From assembly GCF_000186885.1 (NCBI RefSeq), contig NC_014972.1, positions 2,460,001-2,492,000 of the forward strand: a stretch of 32,000 nt of DNA, given 5' to 3'. This DNA is from Desulfobulbus propionicus DSM 2032 (GTDB lineage Bacteria; Desulfobacterota; Desulfobulbia; Desulfobulbales; Desulfobulbaceae). The notes beneath the pieces are model-generated. The model was not told the origin of the DNA, searched no databases, and saw nothing but the letters and a program-made list of their open reading frames with translations. Below, in pieces: positions 1 to 7,748 of this stretch. Numbering within the stretch: position 1 is the stretch's first letter; every line of letters begins with the position of its first letter. Both the position numbers and the translations under genes were made by a program.

Positions 1-371
1 CTCGGCTCATCGGCAAAACCACCCAACTCCGGGTGCCGCTTGCGCAAGAGCTGCAACAACTCCTCCCTGGCAGCCCCCTGCGCTTCGGCGGCGGTACCGA
101 GCGCGGTCACGGCCACACCCCGGGCAAGATCGACTGGCTGATTGCTCCGATTGTCGATGAGCAGCGCGACCTGCGGGCGCGACTCGATGTTGCGGAACTT
201 CTGGGTGGCGCGGCTGGTCAGGAAAATCAGGCGGCCGAGATCGGGAGTGACGGCAAAGGCGACCAGGCTGGTATAGGGGCCGGAGCCGCTGTCGGTGGCG
301 ACGACCGCCAGCCGCTGCTGGCCAAACAGGGTGATCAGCTGGCTGTTGATGGGGACTGGATCAATATCCAT
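1..371 (-). CDS. Pyridoxamine 5'-phosphate oxidase (PPOX)-family FMN-binding protein, C-terminus runs off the window
   Basis: Not in the ORF track because it is open at the window edge. Reverse-strand ATG at 369-371 gives MDIDPVPINSQLITLFGQQRLAVVATDSGSGPYTSLVAFAVTPDLGRLIFLTSRATQKFRNIESRPQVALLIDNRS..., which matches the split-barrel PPOX-like pattern. The + strand ORF 33..479 is its antisense shadow. Confidence 0.55.
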   Translation of the reverse strand, partial: MDIDPVPINSQLITLFGQQRLAVVATDSGSGPYTSLVAFAVTPDLGRLIFLTSRATQKFRNIESRPQVALLIDNRSNQPVDLARGVAVTALGTAAEAQGAAREELLQLLRKRHPELGGFADEP

Positions 372-400
372 TCATTTCTCCATTTTTTTTTAAAGCGACC

Positions 401-428
401 TTGCGCACAATCAAACAATAACTATTAT
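401..428 (+). promoter_or_regulatory. Candidate sigma70-type promoter for the small ORF at 472
   Basis: TTGCGC (401-406), 16 nt spacer, TATTAT (423-428), inside a locally AT-rich stretch and about 45 nt upstream of the ATG. Sequence pattern only. Confidence 0.3.
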
Positions 429-471
429 CAAAAAATAGCAAACCTTTCACTTCAACCTGAGGAGAACGACC

Positions 472-678
472 ATGGCTGATGAGAACAAAGAGTATCAACA
501 GATGAGCAGCTCCGGTGGCGGTTATGAATCAATGGTTTGGATCCGGGACAAGGATGGCAAAGAATATGCTTGCTACCTCAAGGACATCAAAAACATTAAA
601 CGCAAGGAGGATTTGAGCGAGGACGAAAAGGCCAAATGCCTGGACGTCAGCCAGATTGTCGGTACGGAACGCTGGTAA
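472..678 (+). CDS. Small hypothetical protein (68 aa, highly charged)
   Basis: ATG preceded by GAGGAGAA Shine-Dalgarno and followed by an intrinsic terminator. I recognise no family. Confidence 0.55.
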   Translation: MADENKEYQQMSSSGGGYESMVWIRDKDGKEYACYLKDIKNIKRKEDLSEDEKAKCLDVSQIVGTERW

Positions 679-703
679 CCGTTCATCCTCCTGTGAGTTA
701 TAT

Positions 704-735
704 GGCCTGTCCGCTCAGCGGGCAGGCCTTTTTTT
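704..735 (+). terminator. Rho-independent terminator shared by convergent genes
   Basis: GGCCTGTCCGC-TCAG-GCGGGCAGGCC hairpin (704-728) followed by T7 (729-735). The stop codon of the convergent minus-strand gene (734-736) lies in the T-tract. Confidence 0.7.
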
Positions 736-1315
736 ATCCCCGGCGCATCGGCCTGCGCTCCGGCACCGGCAGGCGGGGGATGGCGCCTCGATTCCAGGCC
801 TCGGATACATACAGCTGGCAGTAACAGGCGCCGAACTCGGCAACATCGGGTTGCCGGTAGACACAGGGACAGATGATATCCGCATCCTGCTCGCGCTTTC
901 CCGTGGCCAGCCGGCAAGGGCAGGACATGTAGCCGTAGCGGTCACGATTGATCAGCAGGCCGCGCAGCAGATCAAAGGTGCGTTCCCGGTCGTTGTTGAA
1001 CCAATACCCCTTTGCCTCCTGTGTTGTTTTCAGGCGGTCATAGAGCTCATCGACCTCGGTGCGGATGCCGATGGCCTCCTTGATCTCCTGCACCTGGAAG
1101 CCGACAATCACCTGCTCGCCAACCACGGTGGTGGGAAACGAACATTGGGGATTGATCGCCTGCAACTCGGCCACCAGGGCCTCGCGCTCCGCATCCGCCA
1201 GCAGGTCGGCCTCGACGTAGTCATGGGCCACGCCAAGATCGTCCAGCATCTTCTTGATGGCCTGACAGTAGGCACAGGTTGACAATCCGTAAAGTTTGAC
1301 GGTTTTCGCTGTCAT
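734..1315 (-). CDS. Glutaredoxin-like domain fused to ferredoxin:thioredoxin reductase catalytic-subunit-like domain
   Basis: Start moved to ATG 1313-1315 (MTAKTVKLYGLSTCAYCQ...), preceded by GGGAGGA. N-terminal Grx/NrdH-type CAYC motif. C-terminal half carries CPCR...CPC...CYC cysteine spacing typical of the FTR catalytic chain. Confidence 0.8.
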   Translation of the reverse strand: MTAKTVKLYGLSTCAYCQAIKKMLDDLGVAHDYVEADLLADAEREALVAELQAINPQCSFPTTVVGEQVIVGFQVQEIKEAIGIRTEVDELYDRLKTTQEAKGYWFNNDRERTFDLLRGLLINRDRYGYMSCPCRLATGKREQDADIICPCVYRQPDVAEFGACYCQLYVSEAWNRGAIPRLPVPERRPMRRG

Positions 1316-1409
1316 GTCGATCGATGATTCCTCCCAAAGGGTGTTTCCTTGTTCAAGCCAGCCACGCTGTGCATCGCTGCTCGGTATGGGGCCGCCACAT
1401 TCAGTCCGT

Positions 1410-2036
1410 CTACTGTTCACGGGCGTAGACCAGTACCGGTTCCGCCTCCACCCGCTCGATCCCCAGGGTAAAGGCCCTGCATCGGTAGCGCCCGCCGGCG
1501 AGCCGGGAGAGATCGAGCCCCTCGATGATCAGAATATCCTGTTCCAGCAAGTGGATATGGGTCGGATGTCCGGGTTGCGCCCGTTCGATGCCCGGCTGAT
1601 CAATGCCGACAAACCGCAGCGGGCGACTGGCCAACCAAGCGGCCGCCTCGGCGTTCACCGCCGGAAACAGGGGATCGAACGCGGCCAGCGGCTGTTCCAG
1701 GGTACGGAAAAACACGGCCTCGATCCCCTCGAGGGGCAGATCATGCACCTCGGCCAGAGTGATTGCCGCAGGCGGCTGCGGGCACAGGTCGACCACCAGG
1801 GCCGTGAATTCGTCCGGAAAGCGCCGATAATCGCTGGAACACTTGCCGCCGGCAATGGCGTGGAGCGGATAGTCGACATGGGTGCCGGTGTGCAGGGGCA
1901 GGTGCAGGGTGGATTCGTGCATGCCGTGGCGGCTGAAATCACGGGTGGTCTCGATGCTCGGCCGCTTGTCGGGCGCATTCTTGTAGACCATCATCTGTTC
2001 GCTGATCGGCAGCGACAGGCCAATCCAGTGCTTCAT
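1410..2036 (-). CDS. Cyclase-family metal-dependent hydrolase (kynurenine formamidase-like fold)
   Basis: MKHWIGLSLPI... with the HTGTHVDYPLH motif (HxGTHxDxPxH). Its ATG (2034-2036) overlaps the zwf stop (2033-2035) as ATGA, implying translational coupling. Confidence 0.8.
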   Translation of the reverse strand: MKHWIGLSLPISEQMMVYKNAPDKRPSIETTRDFSRHGMHESTLHLPLHTGTHVDYPLHAIAGGKCSSDYRRFPDEFTALVVDLCPQPPAAITLAEVHDLPLEGIEAVFFRTLEQPLAAFDPLFPAVNAEAAAWLASRPLRFVGIDQPGIERAQPGHPTHIHLLEQDILIIEGLDLSRLAGGRYRCRAFTLGIERVEAEPVLVYAREQ

Positions 2037-3388
2037 GCGAGACCTCCCAGCGGGGTGAGGGTGGCGCTGCCGGGCGCATAGATCACCAGCCGCCCCTGTG
2101 CGGCCGCGCCCCGAAGCCCATCGGCAATGCGCCACTGGGCCTGCAACTCGTCAAAGCCGGCAAACAGGGTTTTATCTCCTTCCCAGGCATCCTTGAGCAA
2201 CTTGACGTACGCCTCGGGTCGGTTGCCGATCATCCTGCAGCTGTGGCAGTACTCGGCGGTCACCTGTTCAATGTCGTAGTCGTATCCGGGCGTCTTGGAG
2301 TTGAATTGCAGCTCCACGCCCTCGTGGGGAAAGACCTGAATCACCAGCTGATTGGCGGCCGCCTCAACGGTTTCGCCGCAGTCCACACACAACCGGGTCG
2401 GCCGAAAATGCAGGCGGATCTCGGTCCGCTTCTCGGCCAGTTTCTTGCCGGTGCGGACAACAAATCGCGCGCCCTGCCACTGGGGCGTATCGACCCGCAA
2501 CGTGGCCTCGACCGCGGTCTCGGTGGCGGAGCCGGGCACCTGATCCTGGTAGCCCGCGTACTGGCCGAGTACCGGCGGGCAGGACGGATCGGGCCGCAGG
2601 TGATCGAGGACATCGATCTTGGCCCGGCGAATCGATTCCGGCGCCAGATCATTCGGCGCCCCCATGGCCACCAGGGCCACCATCTGCAACAGGTGACTCT
2701 GGATCATGTCGTTGATCGCCCCGGCCCGGTCGTAATAGTCGAGCCGCTCCTCCACGCCGGCGGTCTCGATGCTGGTGACCTCGACCCGGTCGATGGCCCC
2801 GCCGTGCCAGCTCTCGCTGAAGAGGCGGTTGGCGAAACGGATGGTGAGAATATTGCGAATCATCTCCTTGCCCAGGTAATGATCGATCCGGTACAACTGC
2901 TCCTCGCTCACCAGCGGCAACAACTGCTCCTGAATGGCTGCGGCCGACCGTAGGCTGTCGCCAAAGGGTTTTTCCAGCAGCAGCCGGTGCTCGGGATTGC
3001 CGGTGGCCAACAGCCCGGCCGCGTGCAGCTGGGTGGTGATGGGGACAAAGGCGTCGGGCTTGACGGCGAGGAAAAACAGCCGCCGGCCGGTTCGCGCACC
3101 GCCCTCGGCATGCATGCGGGCGGCCAGGGTTTGGTAGGCGGCCGCATCCTCGAACTCCAAACGGTGGTACTCGATACGCTTGCGCAGCTGTTCGCCCAAA
3201 CAAACAGCCCCCTTGGCCTCGATCAACGCCAGATACCCCTCCGCATCCAGGGCTCTGCGGCCCAAACACCAAACGCGGCTAAAGGGCAGCCCCTCTTCGC
3301 TCCACTGCTGCAGGGCGGGCAGGATCTTCTTGGCCGCCAGATCGCCGGTGGCGCCGAAAATACAGAGAACCCCACCTAGAGCATCCAT
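2033..3388 (-). CDS. zwf: Glucose-6-phosphate 1-dehydrogenase
   Basis: 451 aa with GATGDLAAKKILPAL dinucleotide-binding N-terminus, EKPFG and RIDHYLGKE signature motifs. Confidence 0.93.
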   Translation of the reverse strand: MDALGGVLCIFGATGDLAAKKILPALQQWSEEGLPFSRVWCLGRRALDAEGYLALIEAKGAVCLGEQLRKRIEYHRLEFEDAAAYQTLAARMHAEGGARTGRRLFFLAVKPDAFVPITTQLHAAGLLATGNPEHRLLLEKPFGDSLRSAAAIQEQLLPLVSEEQLYRIDHYLGKEMIRNILTIRFANRLFSESWHGGAIDRVEVTSIETAGVEERLDYYDRAGAINDMIQSHLLQMVALVAMGAPNDLAPESIRRAKIDVLDHLRPDPSCPPVLGQYAGYQDQVPGSATETAVEATLRVDTPQWQGARFVVRTGKKLAEKRTEIRLHFRPTRLCVDCGETVEAAANQLVIQVFPHEGVELQFNSKTPGYDYDIEQVTAEYCHSCRMIGNRPEAYVKLLKDAWEGDKTLFAGFDELQAQWRIADGLRGAAAQGRLVIYAPGSATLTPLGGLA

Positions 3389-3391
3389 GGC

Positions 3392-4297
3392 TCAGTCCTC
3401 GCCCTTGGCGATCACCGCATGGCCGCCGAATTCGCGCCGCATGGCCGCCAGTGATTTCTCGGCATATTTTTCCTGGTCCTGGGATTTGAAGCGGGAAAAG
3501 AGCGAAGTGGCGATCACCGGCGCCGAAACCCCGAGCCGCACCGCCTCCTCGACCGTCCAGTTGGCCTCGCCGGAGGCGGCGACCACGCCCTTGATCGAAC
3601 CCAAGTCCGGCTCCCGTGCCAGGGCGGCAGCGGTCATGTCCATCAGCAGACCGGAGACGATCGACCCCTTGCGCCATACCTGGGTCACCCGGTCAAGCGC
3701 AAAGGGCATCGGCCCGTGGCGGAGAATCTCCAGCCCTTCGGCAATGGCCTGCATCATCCCGTATTCAATGCCATTGTGAATCATCTTGACGAAATGGCCG
3801 GCACCGGACGCCCCCATTCGCCCGTACCCACTGCCGCCGCTCAACGCCCTGAACACCGGCTCCATTCGCCCATACACCGCCTCGTCGCCGCCGACCATCA
3901 GACAGGCGCCGTTGCGCGCCCCCTCGGTGCCGCCGCTGGTGCCGACATCGAGAAAATGGATTCCGTCCCGGCGCAGCTCCTCGCTTCGGCGCTGACTGTC
4001 CTGGTAGCGCGAGTTGCCGCCATCAATGAGAATGTCTCCAGGGGCCATCAACGGACGGAGGCGGGCGATCATCGCATCCACCGGCGGTCCGGCGGGTATC
4101 ATCAGCCATACCGCTCGAGGCGGGGTCAGGGCGCTGACGAACGATTCCAGGCCGGCATGGACAGTGATCCCTTCTTGTTTCAGTTGCGCCCGTTTGTCCG
4201 CCTTGTCGGTGAAAACGACGATGTTCAATCCCTTGTCGCGGCCATTGAGGGCCAGCGGCAGGCCCATCTTGCCCATGCCGATGATGCCGAGTTGCAT
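3392..4297 (-). CDS. gnd: 6-phosphogluconate dehydrogenase, short (about 300 aa) decarboxylating type
   Basis: MQLGIIGMGKMGLPLALN Rossmann N-terminus, conserved GGNS..., GAGHFVKMIHNGIEYG block, AAGGAGG RBS. Only 3 nt separate it from zwf. Confidence 0.9.
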   Translation of the reverse strand: MQLGIIGMGKMGLPLALNGRDKGLNIVVFTDKADKRAQLKQEGITVHAGLESFVSALTPPRAVWLMIPAGPPVDAMIARLRPLMAPGDILIDGGNSRYQDSQRRSEELRRDGIHFLDVGTSGGTEGARNGACLMVGGDEAVYGRMEPVFRALSGGSGYGRMGASGAGHFVKMIHNGIEYGMMQAIAEGLEILRHGPMPFALDRVTQVWRKGSIVSGLLMDMTAAALAREPDLGSIKGVVAASGEANWTVEEAVRLGVSAPVIATSLFSRFKSQDQEKYAEKSLAAMRREFGGHAVIAKGED

Positions 4298-4351
4298 TGT
4301 GTAACCTCCTTGCGGTTTGCCGCATGTCGCTTTGATCGGACAGCGTGGAGC

Positions 4352-4810
4352 CTAGGGTTCGATCAGTTCAAGAATCTCCTCGTTGGACGGAATATCGGCC
4401 ATGGAATGGCCGTAGTGAACATAACGCAGTCGTCCGGCCTTATCGATCAGCATCTGCGCCGGCATTCGCCCCAGCTTGAAGAGATTCACTTCTTGACCAT
4501 AGCGGTCGAGCACCACCCGCTCCGGATCGGGCAGGCCGATGAAGGGCAGGTTTTCCTTGTGCCAGTAAGCGCGAAAGGCGGATGCGTCTTCCGGACCGAC
4601 GACCAGGATCTCGGTGTTCAACCGGACGAACTGTTCGTATCCCTGGCGCAACTGCGCCATGTGCCGGCGGCAGAAGGGTCAGAGAAAACCGCGATTGAGG
4701 ACCAGCACGACATTTTTCCGTCCGGAAAAATCGGCAAGCGACACCGTCTGGCCATGCACATCGACCAAGGTAAAATCGGGCGCCGGGGTGTTGACGTCGA
4801 CTCGGGCCAT
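4352..4810 (-). CDS. Peroxiredoxin (AhpC/TSA-BCP-like) with in-frame TGA at 4679-4681, probable selenocysteine in a UxxC redox motif
   Basis: Two track ORFs (4679..5095 C-terminal part and 4352..4660) are in the same frame and separated only by TGA. Read-through gives MARVDVNTPAPDFTLVDVHGQTVSLADFSGRKNVVLVLNRGFL-U-PFCRRHMAQLRQGYEQF..., placing the TGA exactly where the peroxidatic/CxxC cysteine sits. True ATG is at 4808-4810 with an AAGGAGG RBS. Confidence 0.75.
4644..4659 (-). promoter_or_regulatory. Candidate bacterial SECIS stem-loop downstream of the in-frame TGA
   Basis: Minus-strand UGGCGC-AGUU-GCGCCA hairpin begins 19 nt 3' of the UGA, and the apical loop has a G in its second position. 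The stem is short, so this is tentative. Confidence 0.35.
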
Positions 4811-4853
4811 GACGAACCTCCTTGCGTGTTGATGGGACGTGTACCCCGTGCGC

Positions 4854-5264
4854 TCAGGCCGCAAAATGGGGCAGAAAGACCAGCAGCCCGACCGCCACCG
4901 CCGCCATGGCCGCCGCCAGCACGGCAAAGGCGGCCACATCCTTGGCTTGACCAATTCGGGGCCGCCGCTCCAGGGTGATCTCGTCGGCCAGCAGTTCAAC
5001 GGCGGTGTTGACCGCCTCCATGGCCCAGACCAGACCGATGGCCAGGGCCAGCAGGGTCCATTCCAGGACGGCGAGACGGACCAACAGTCCGGCAACGATC
5101 ACCGCGATGGTCGCCAAGGCGTGAATCCAGGCATTGTGCTGGCTGACCAGCAACAGGCGGCCGCCGGCCAAGGCGAACCGGAAACTGCGTATCCTGGCCC
5201 GCAGGGAGAAGGAATCAGGCCTCGGTTCCACAGTTTTGTGTTCCTGGTCGCCTTTGTCCCGCAT
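4854..5264 (-). CDS. dgkA: Diacylglycerol kinase
   Basis: 136 aa, three TM helices, SFRFALAG...NAWIH...EAVNTAVELLAD motifs typical of DgkA. Confidence 0.85.
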   Translation of the reverse strand: MRDKGDQEHKTVEPRPDSFSLRARIRSFRFALAGGRLLLVSQHNAWIHALATIAVIVAGLLVRLAVLEWTLLALAIGLVWAMEAVNTAVELLADEITLERRPRIGQAKDVAAFAVLAAAMAAVAVGLLVFLPHFAA

Positions 5265-5266
5265 GC

Positions 5267-6337
5267 TCAGGCAGCGAGGAAGGGATAGTCGATGTACCCC
5301 TCTGGCCCGGGCCGATAGAAGGTCGACGGGTTGGGGGAATTGAGCGGCGCTCCCTTGCGGATGCGCTCCACCAGGTCGGGGTTGGCGATATAGCTGGTGC
5401 CAAAGGCCACCGCGTCGATTTGCCGCTGGGCAATGGCGGTCTCGGCTTCCTCGGGGGTGTAGCGCAGATTGGCGATCAGCACGCCCCGGTACTGCTCGCG
5501 CACCGGCGTCAGCACATCACCCTTCAACTCGCCCAGGACATCGCCGCGAATCAGGTGGAGGTACGCAAGGTTGCACTCGTTGAGCCGTTTGGCCAGCCAG
5601 ATGGCCAAGCCGATGGGGTCGCTGTCGCCCATGGAGTTGAAGCTGGAAATCGGCGACAACCGCAGGCCGACCCGCTCGCCGCCCCAGACCGAACAGACCG
5701 CTTGCAACACCTCCAGCAGCAGCCGGGCCCGGTTGTCGATCGAGCCGCCGTAGGGACCGGTGCGGTGGTTGCAACCGTCGCGGAGGAACTGATCGAGCAG
5801 ATACCCATTGGCTCCGTGGATCTCGATACCGTCAAACCCGGCGGCCTGAGCGTTGACTGCGGCCTGCCGAAATCCCTCGACAATGGCCGGCAATTCGTCG
5901 TCGCCCAGTTCGCGGGGGACCACGTAGTTTTGTTTGCCTTCCGGAGTATGGGTGAGGTCGTTGGTGATGGCGATCGGGCTGGCCGACACCGGCTGGGCCC
6001 CGTGATTGAGCAGGGGATGGCAGGCCCGGCCGCCGTGCCACAGTTGGACAAAGATCCGCCCGCCCCGGTCGTGCACTGCCCTGGTCACCCGACGCCAACC
6101 GTCGATTTGCGCCTGATTGTACAGGCCGGGTTCGGTCTGGAAGGCACAGTGCCCCTCCATGACCATGGTCGCCTCGGCAATGATCAGGCCAGCGCTCGCC
6201 CGCTGGGCATACTGCTCGGCCATCAGCTCCGTGGGCACGTGGGCGCTGTCGGCCCGGCACCGGGTCAGCGGCGCCATGAGGATACGATTGGGAAGGGTGA
6301 GGGGGCCAATTTGAAGCGGTTGGAAAAGATGGTGCAT
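5267..6337 (-). CDS. NADH:flavin oxidoreductase / alkene reductase (Old Yellow Enzyme family)
   Basis: MHHLFQPLQIGPLTLPNRILMAPLTRCRA N-terminus, HGANGYLLDQFL and a TIM-barrel OYE pattern. I prefer ATG 6335-6337 over the GTG at 6403 because OYE N-termini are short. Confidence 0.85.
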   Translation of the reverse strand: MHHLFQPLQIGPLTLPNRILMAPLTRCRADSAHVPTELMAEQYAQRASAGLIIAEATMVMEGHCAFQTEPGLYNQAQIDGWRRVTRAVHDRGGRIFVQLWHGGRACHPLLNHGAQPVSASPIAITNDLTHTPEGKQNYVVPRELGDDELPAIVEGFRQAAVNAQAAGFDGIEIHGANGYLLDQFLRDGCNHRTGPYGGSIDNRARLLLEVLQAVCSVWGGERVGLRLSPISSFNSMGDSDPIGLAIWLAKRLNECNLAYLHLIRGDVLGELKGDVLTPVREQYRGVLIANLRYTPEEAETAIAQRQIDAVAFGTSYIANPDLVERIRKGAPLNSPNPSTFYRPGPEGYIDYPFLAA

Positions 6338-6517
6338 GGTTTGCCTCACGGTTGCAATGTTCGTCACAGCGGCGGGCCCGTCCCGTTCACTGTCTAATAC
6401 CACTCAAAGACTCAGCGCAAGCGCGGAGGTCGTCCACGGTCGAAATCCCGGGCGGACAACTGGCACCCAGCGGACACGGCCTTCATCCCTGTGCATAAGA
6501 AAATCGTCAACCTGGCG

Positions 6518-7483
6518 TCAGCCTTTCCCGCCGAGATCGAGAACCTCGCGAAAATAGGCAATGGTTGGCTCCAATCCAGCAGCAAGCCGGACCTGCGGCT
6601 GCCACCCCAGCACGGTCCTGGCGACGGTGATATCCGGCTGACGCTGTCGAGGGTCGTCCTGGGGCAGGGGTTTGAACACCAGTTTGGATGTGCCGCCGAC
6701 CATGGCGAGGATGGTTTCGGCAAGTTGCCTAATGGTGAATTCATCGGGGTTGCCCATGTTGATGGGTCCGGTCACCTCCTGGGGACTGGCCATCATGCGC
6801 ATGAATCCCTCGATCAAATCGTCCACATAGCAGAAACTGCGGCTTTGCAGACCATCGCCATAGATGGTGATGTCCTCGCCGCGCAGGGCCTGGACAATGA
6901 AATTGCTGACCACCCGGCCGTCATTGGGATGCATGCGGGGACCGTAGGTGTTGAAAATGCGCACCACCTTGATCTCCAGGCCGTGCTGCCGACGGTAATC
7001 GAAAAATAACGTCTCGGCGCAGCGCTTGCCCTCATCGTAGCAGGAGCGGATACCGATAGGGTTGACCCGGCCCCAATAGCTTTCCGGCTGCGGATGCACT
7101 TCCGGATCGCCGTAGACTTCGCTGGTCGATGCCTGAAAAATTTTGGCCTTGGTTCGCTTGGCCAGTCCGAGCATGTTGATGGCGCCATGAACGCTCGTTT
7201 TGGTGGTCTGCACAGGATCCCATTGGTAATGAATGGGCGACGCCGGACAGGCTAGGTTGAAGATCTCGTCAACCTCCACATAGAGCGGAAAGGTGACGTC
7301 ATGGCGGATCAATTCAAAAAAGGGATTATTGAGCAGATGGGCCACGTTGTCCTTGGTGCCGCTGTAAAAATTATCGAGGCACAGCACATCGCAGTTTTCG
7401 TTGAGCAGTCGCTCGCACAGATGCGATCCCAAAAACCCGGCGCCGCCGGTAACGAGTACTCTTTTCCTGTTGGCCACCCGCAT
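6518..7483 (-). CDS. UDP-glucuronate decarboxylase (UDP-xylose synthase) / SDR-family NAD-dependent sugar epimerase-dehydratase
   Basis: [19 protein letters not shown]...[13 protein letters not shown]...YDEGKR motifs, AAGGAGGA RBS. Divergent from flagellin 1. Confidence 0.88.
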   Translation of the reverse strand: MRVANRKRVLVTGGAGFLGSHLCERLLNENCDVLCLDNFYSGTKDNVAHLLNNPFFELIRHDVTFPLYVEVDEIFNLACPASPIHYQWDPVQTTKTSVHGAINMLGLAKRTKAKIFQASTSEVYGDPEVHPQPESYWGRVNPIGIRSCYDEGKRCAETLFFDYRRQHGLEIKVVRIFNTYGPRMHPNDGRVVSNFIVQALRGEDITIYGDGLQSRSFCYVDDLIEGFMRMMASPQEVTGPINMGNPDEFTIRQLAETILAMVGGTSKLVFKPLPQDDPRQRQPDITVARTVLGWQPQVRLAAGLEPTIAYFREVLDLGGKG

Positions 7484-7680
7484 ATATCCTCCTTGCCGAA
7501 CCTCTTGAACGCGTTCGATTCTCTCGAATCCATTAATAACAGGATGTTTTACGCATTTCTCCCGACCGATGCCTCTCCATCGCCTCTGAAAAAAAGAGGG
7601 CCGTAAAAAAAAACCTTAAGCCCAATCGGAAACACTCCGAAACGTTTTTCGAGAGACAGCAGAGCGCATTGAGAGAGCAG

Positions 7681-7705
7681 TTACGTTTGTATCGTTAGCC
7701 GAAAG
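7681..7705 (+). promoter_or_regulatory. Weak sigma28-like element upstream of flagellin 1
   Basis: TTACGTTT...GCCGAAAG resembles TAAAGTTT-N11-GCCGATAA, but the spacer is short and the -35 is poor. Confidence 0.2.
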
Positions 7706-7748
7706 TCCGTCATTGGAAGACCACGGCTAAAAATTCATGGAGGAAACC

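Noticed and set aside
33-479. 148-aa + strand ORF at the window start
   Set aside because: It is the antisense shadow of a much better PPOX-family gene on the minus strand (ATG at 369-371). Its composition is G/A/R-rich, typical of high-GC antisense frames, and it has no RBS.
3716-4978. 420-aa + strand ORF
   Set aside because: It lies entirely antisense to gnd and the peroxiredoxin, both with clear family motifs. R/P/G/H-rich low-information sequence.
4679-5095. Long N-terminal extension of the peroxiredoxin ORF (MPDCWSVSPS...)
   Set aside because: The extension overlaps dgkA in another frame and is P/W-rich nonsense. An internal ATG at 4808-4810 with an AAGGAGG RBS gives a canonical Prx N-terminus.
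7711-7730. TTGGAAGACCACGGCT upstream of flagellin 1 as a sigma54 promoter
   Set aside because: The GG-to-GC spacing is one nt short, the flanks do not match TGGCAC/TTGCA, and the resulting leader would be too short to include the SD.
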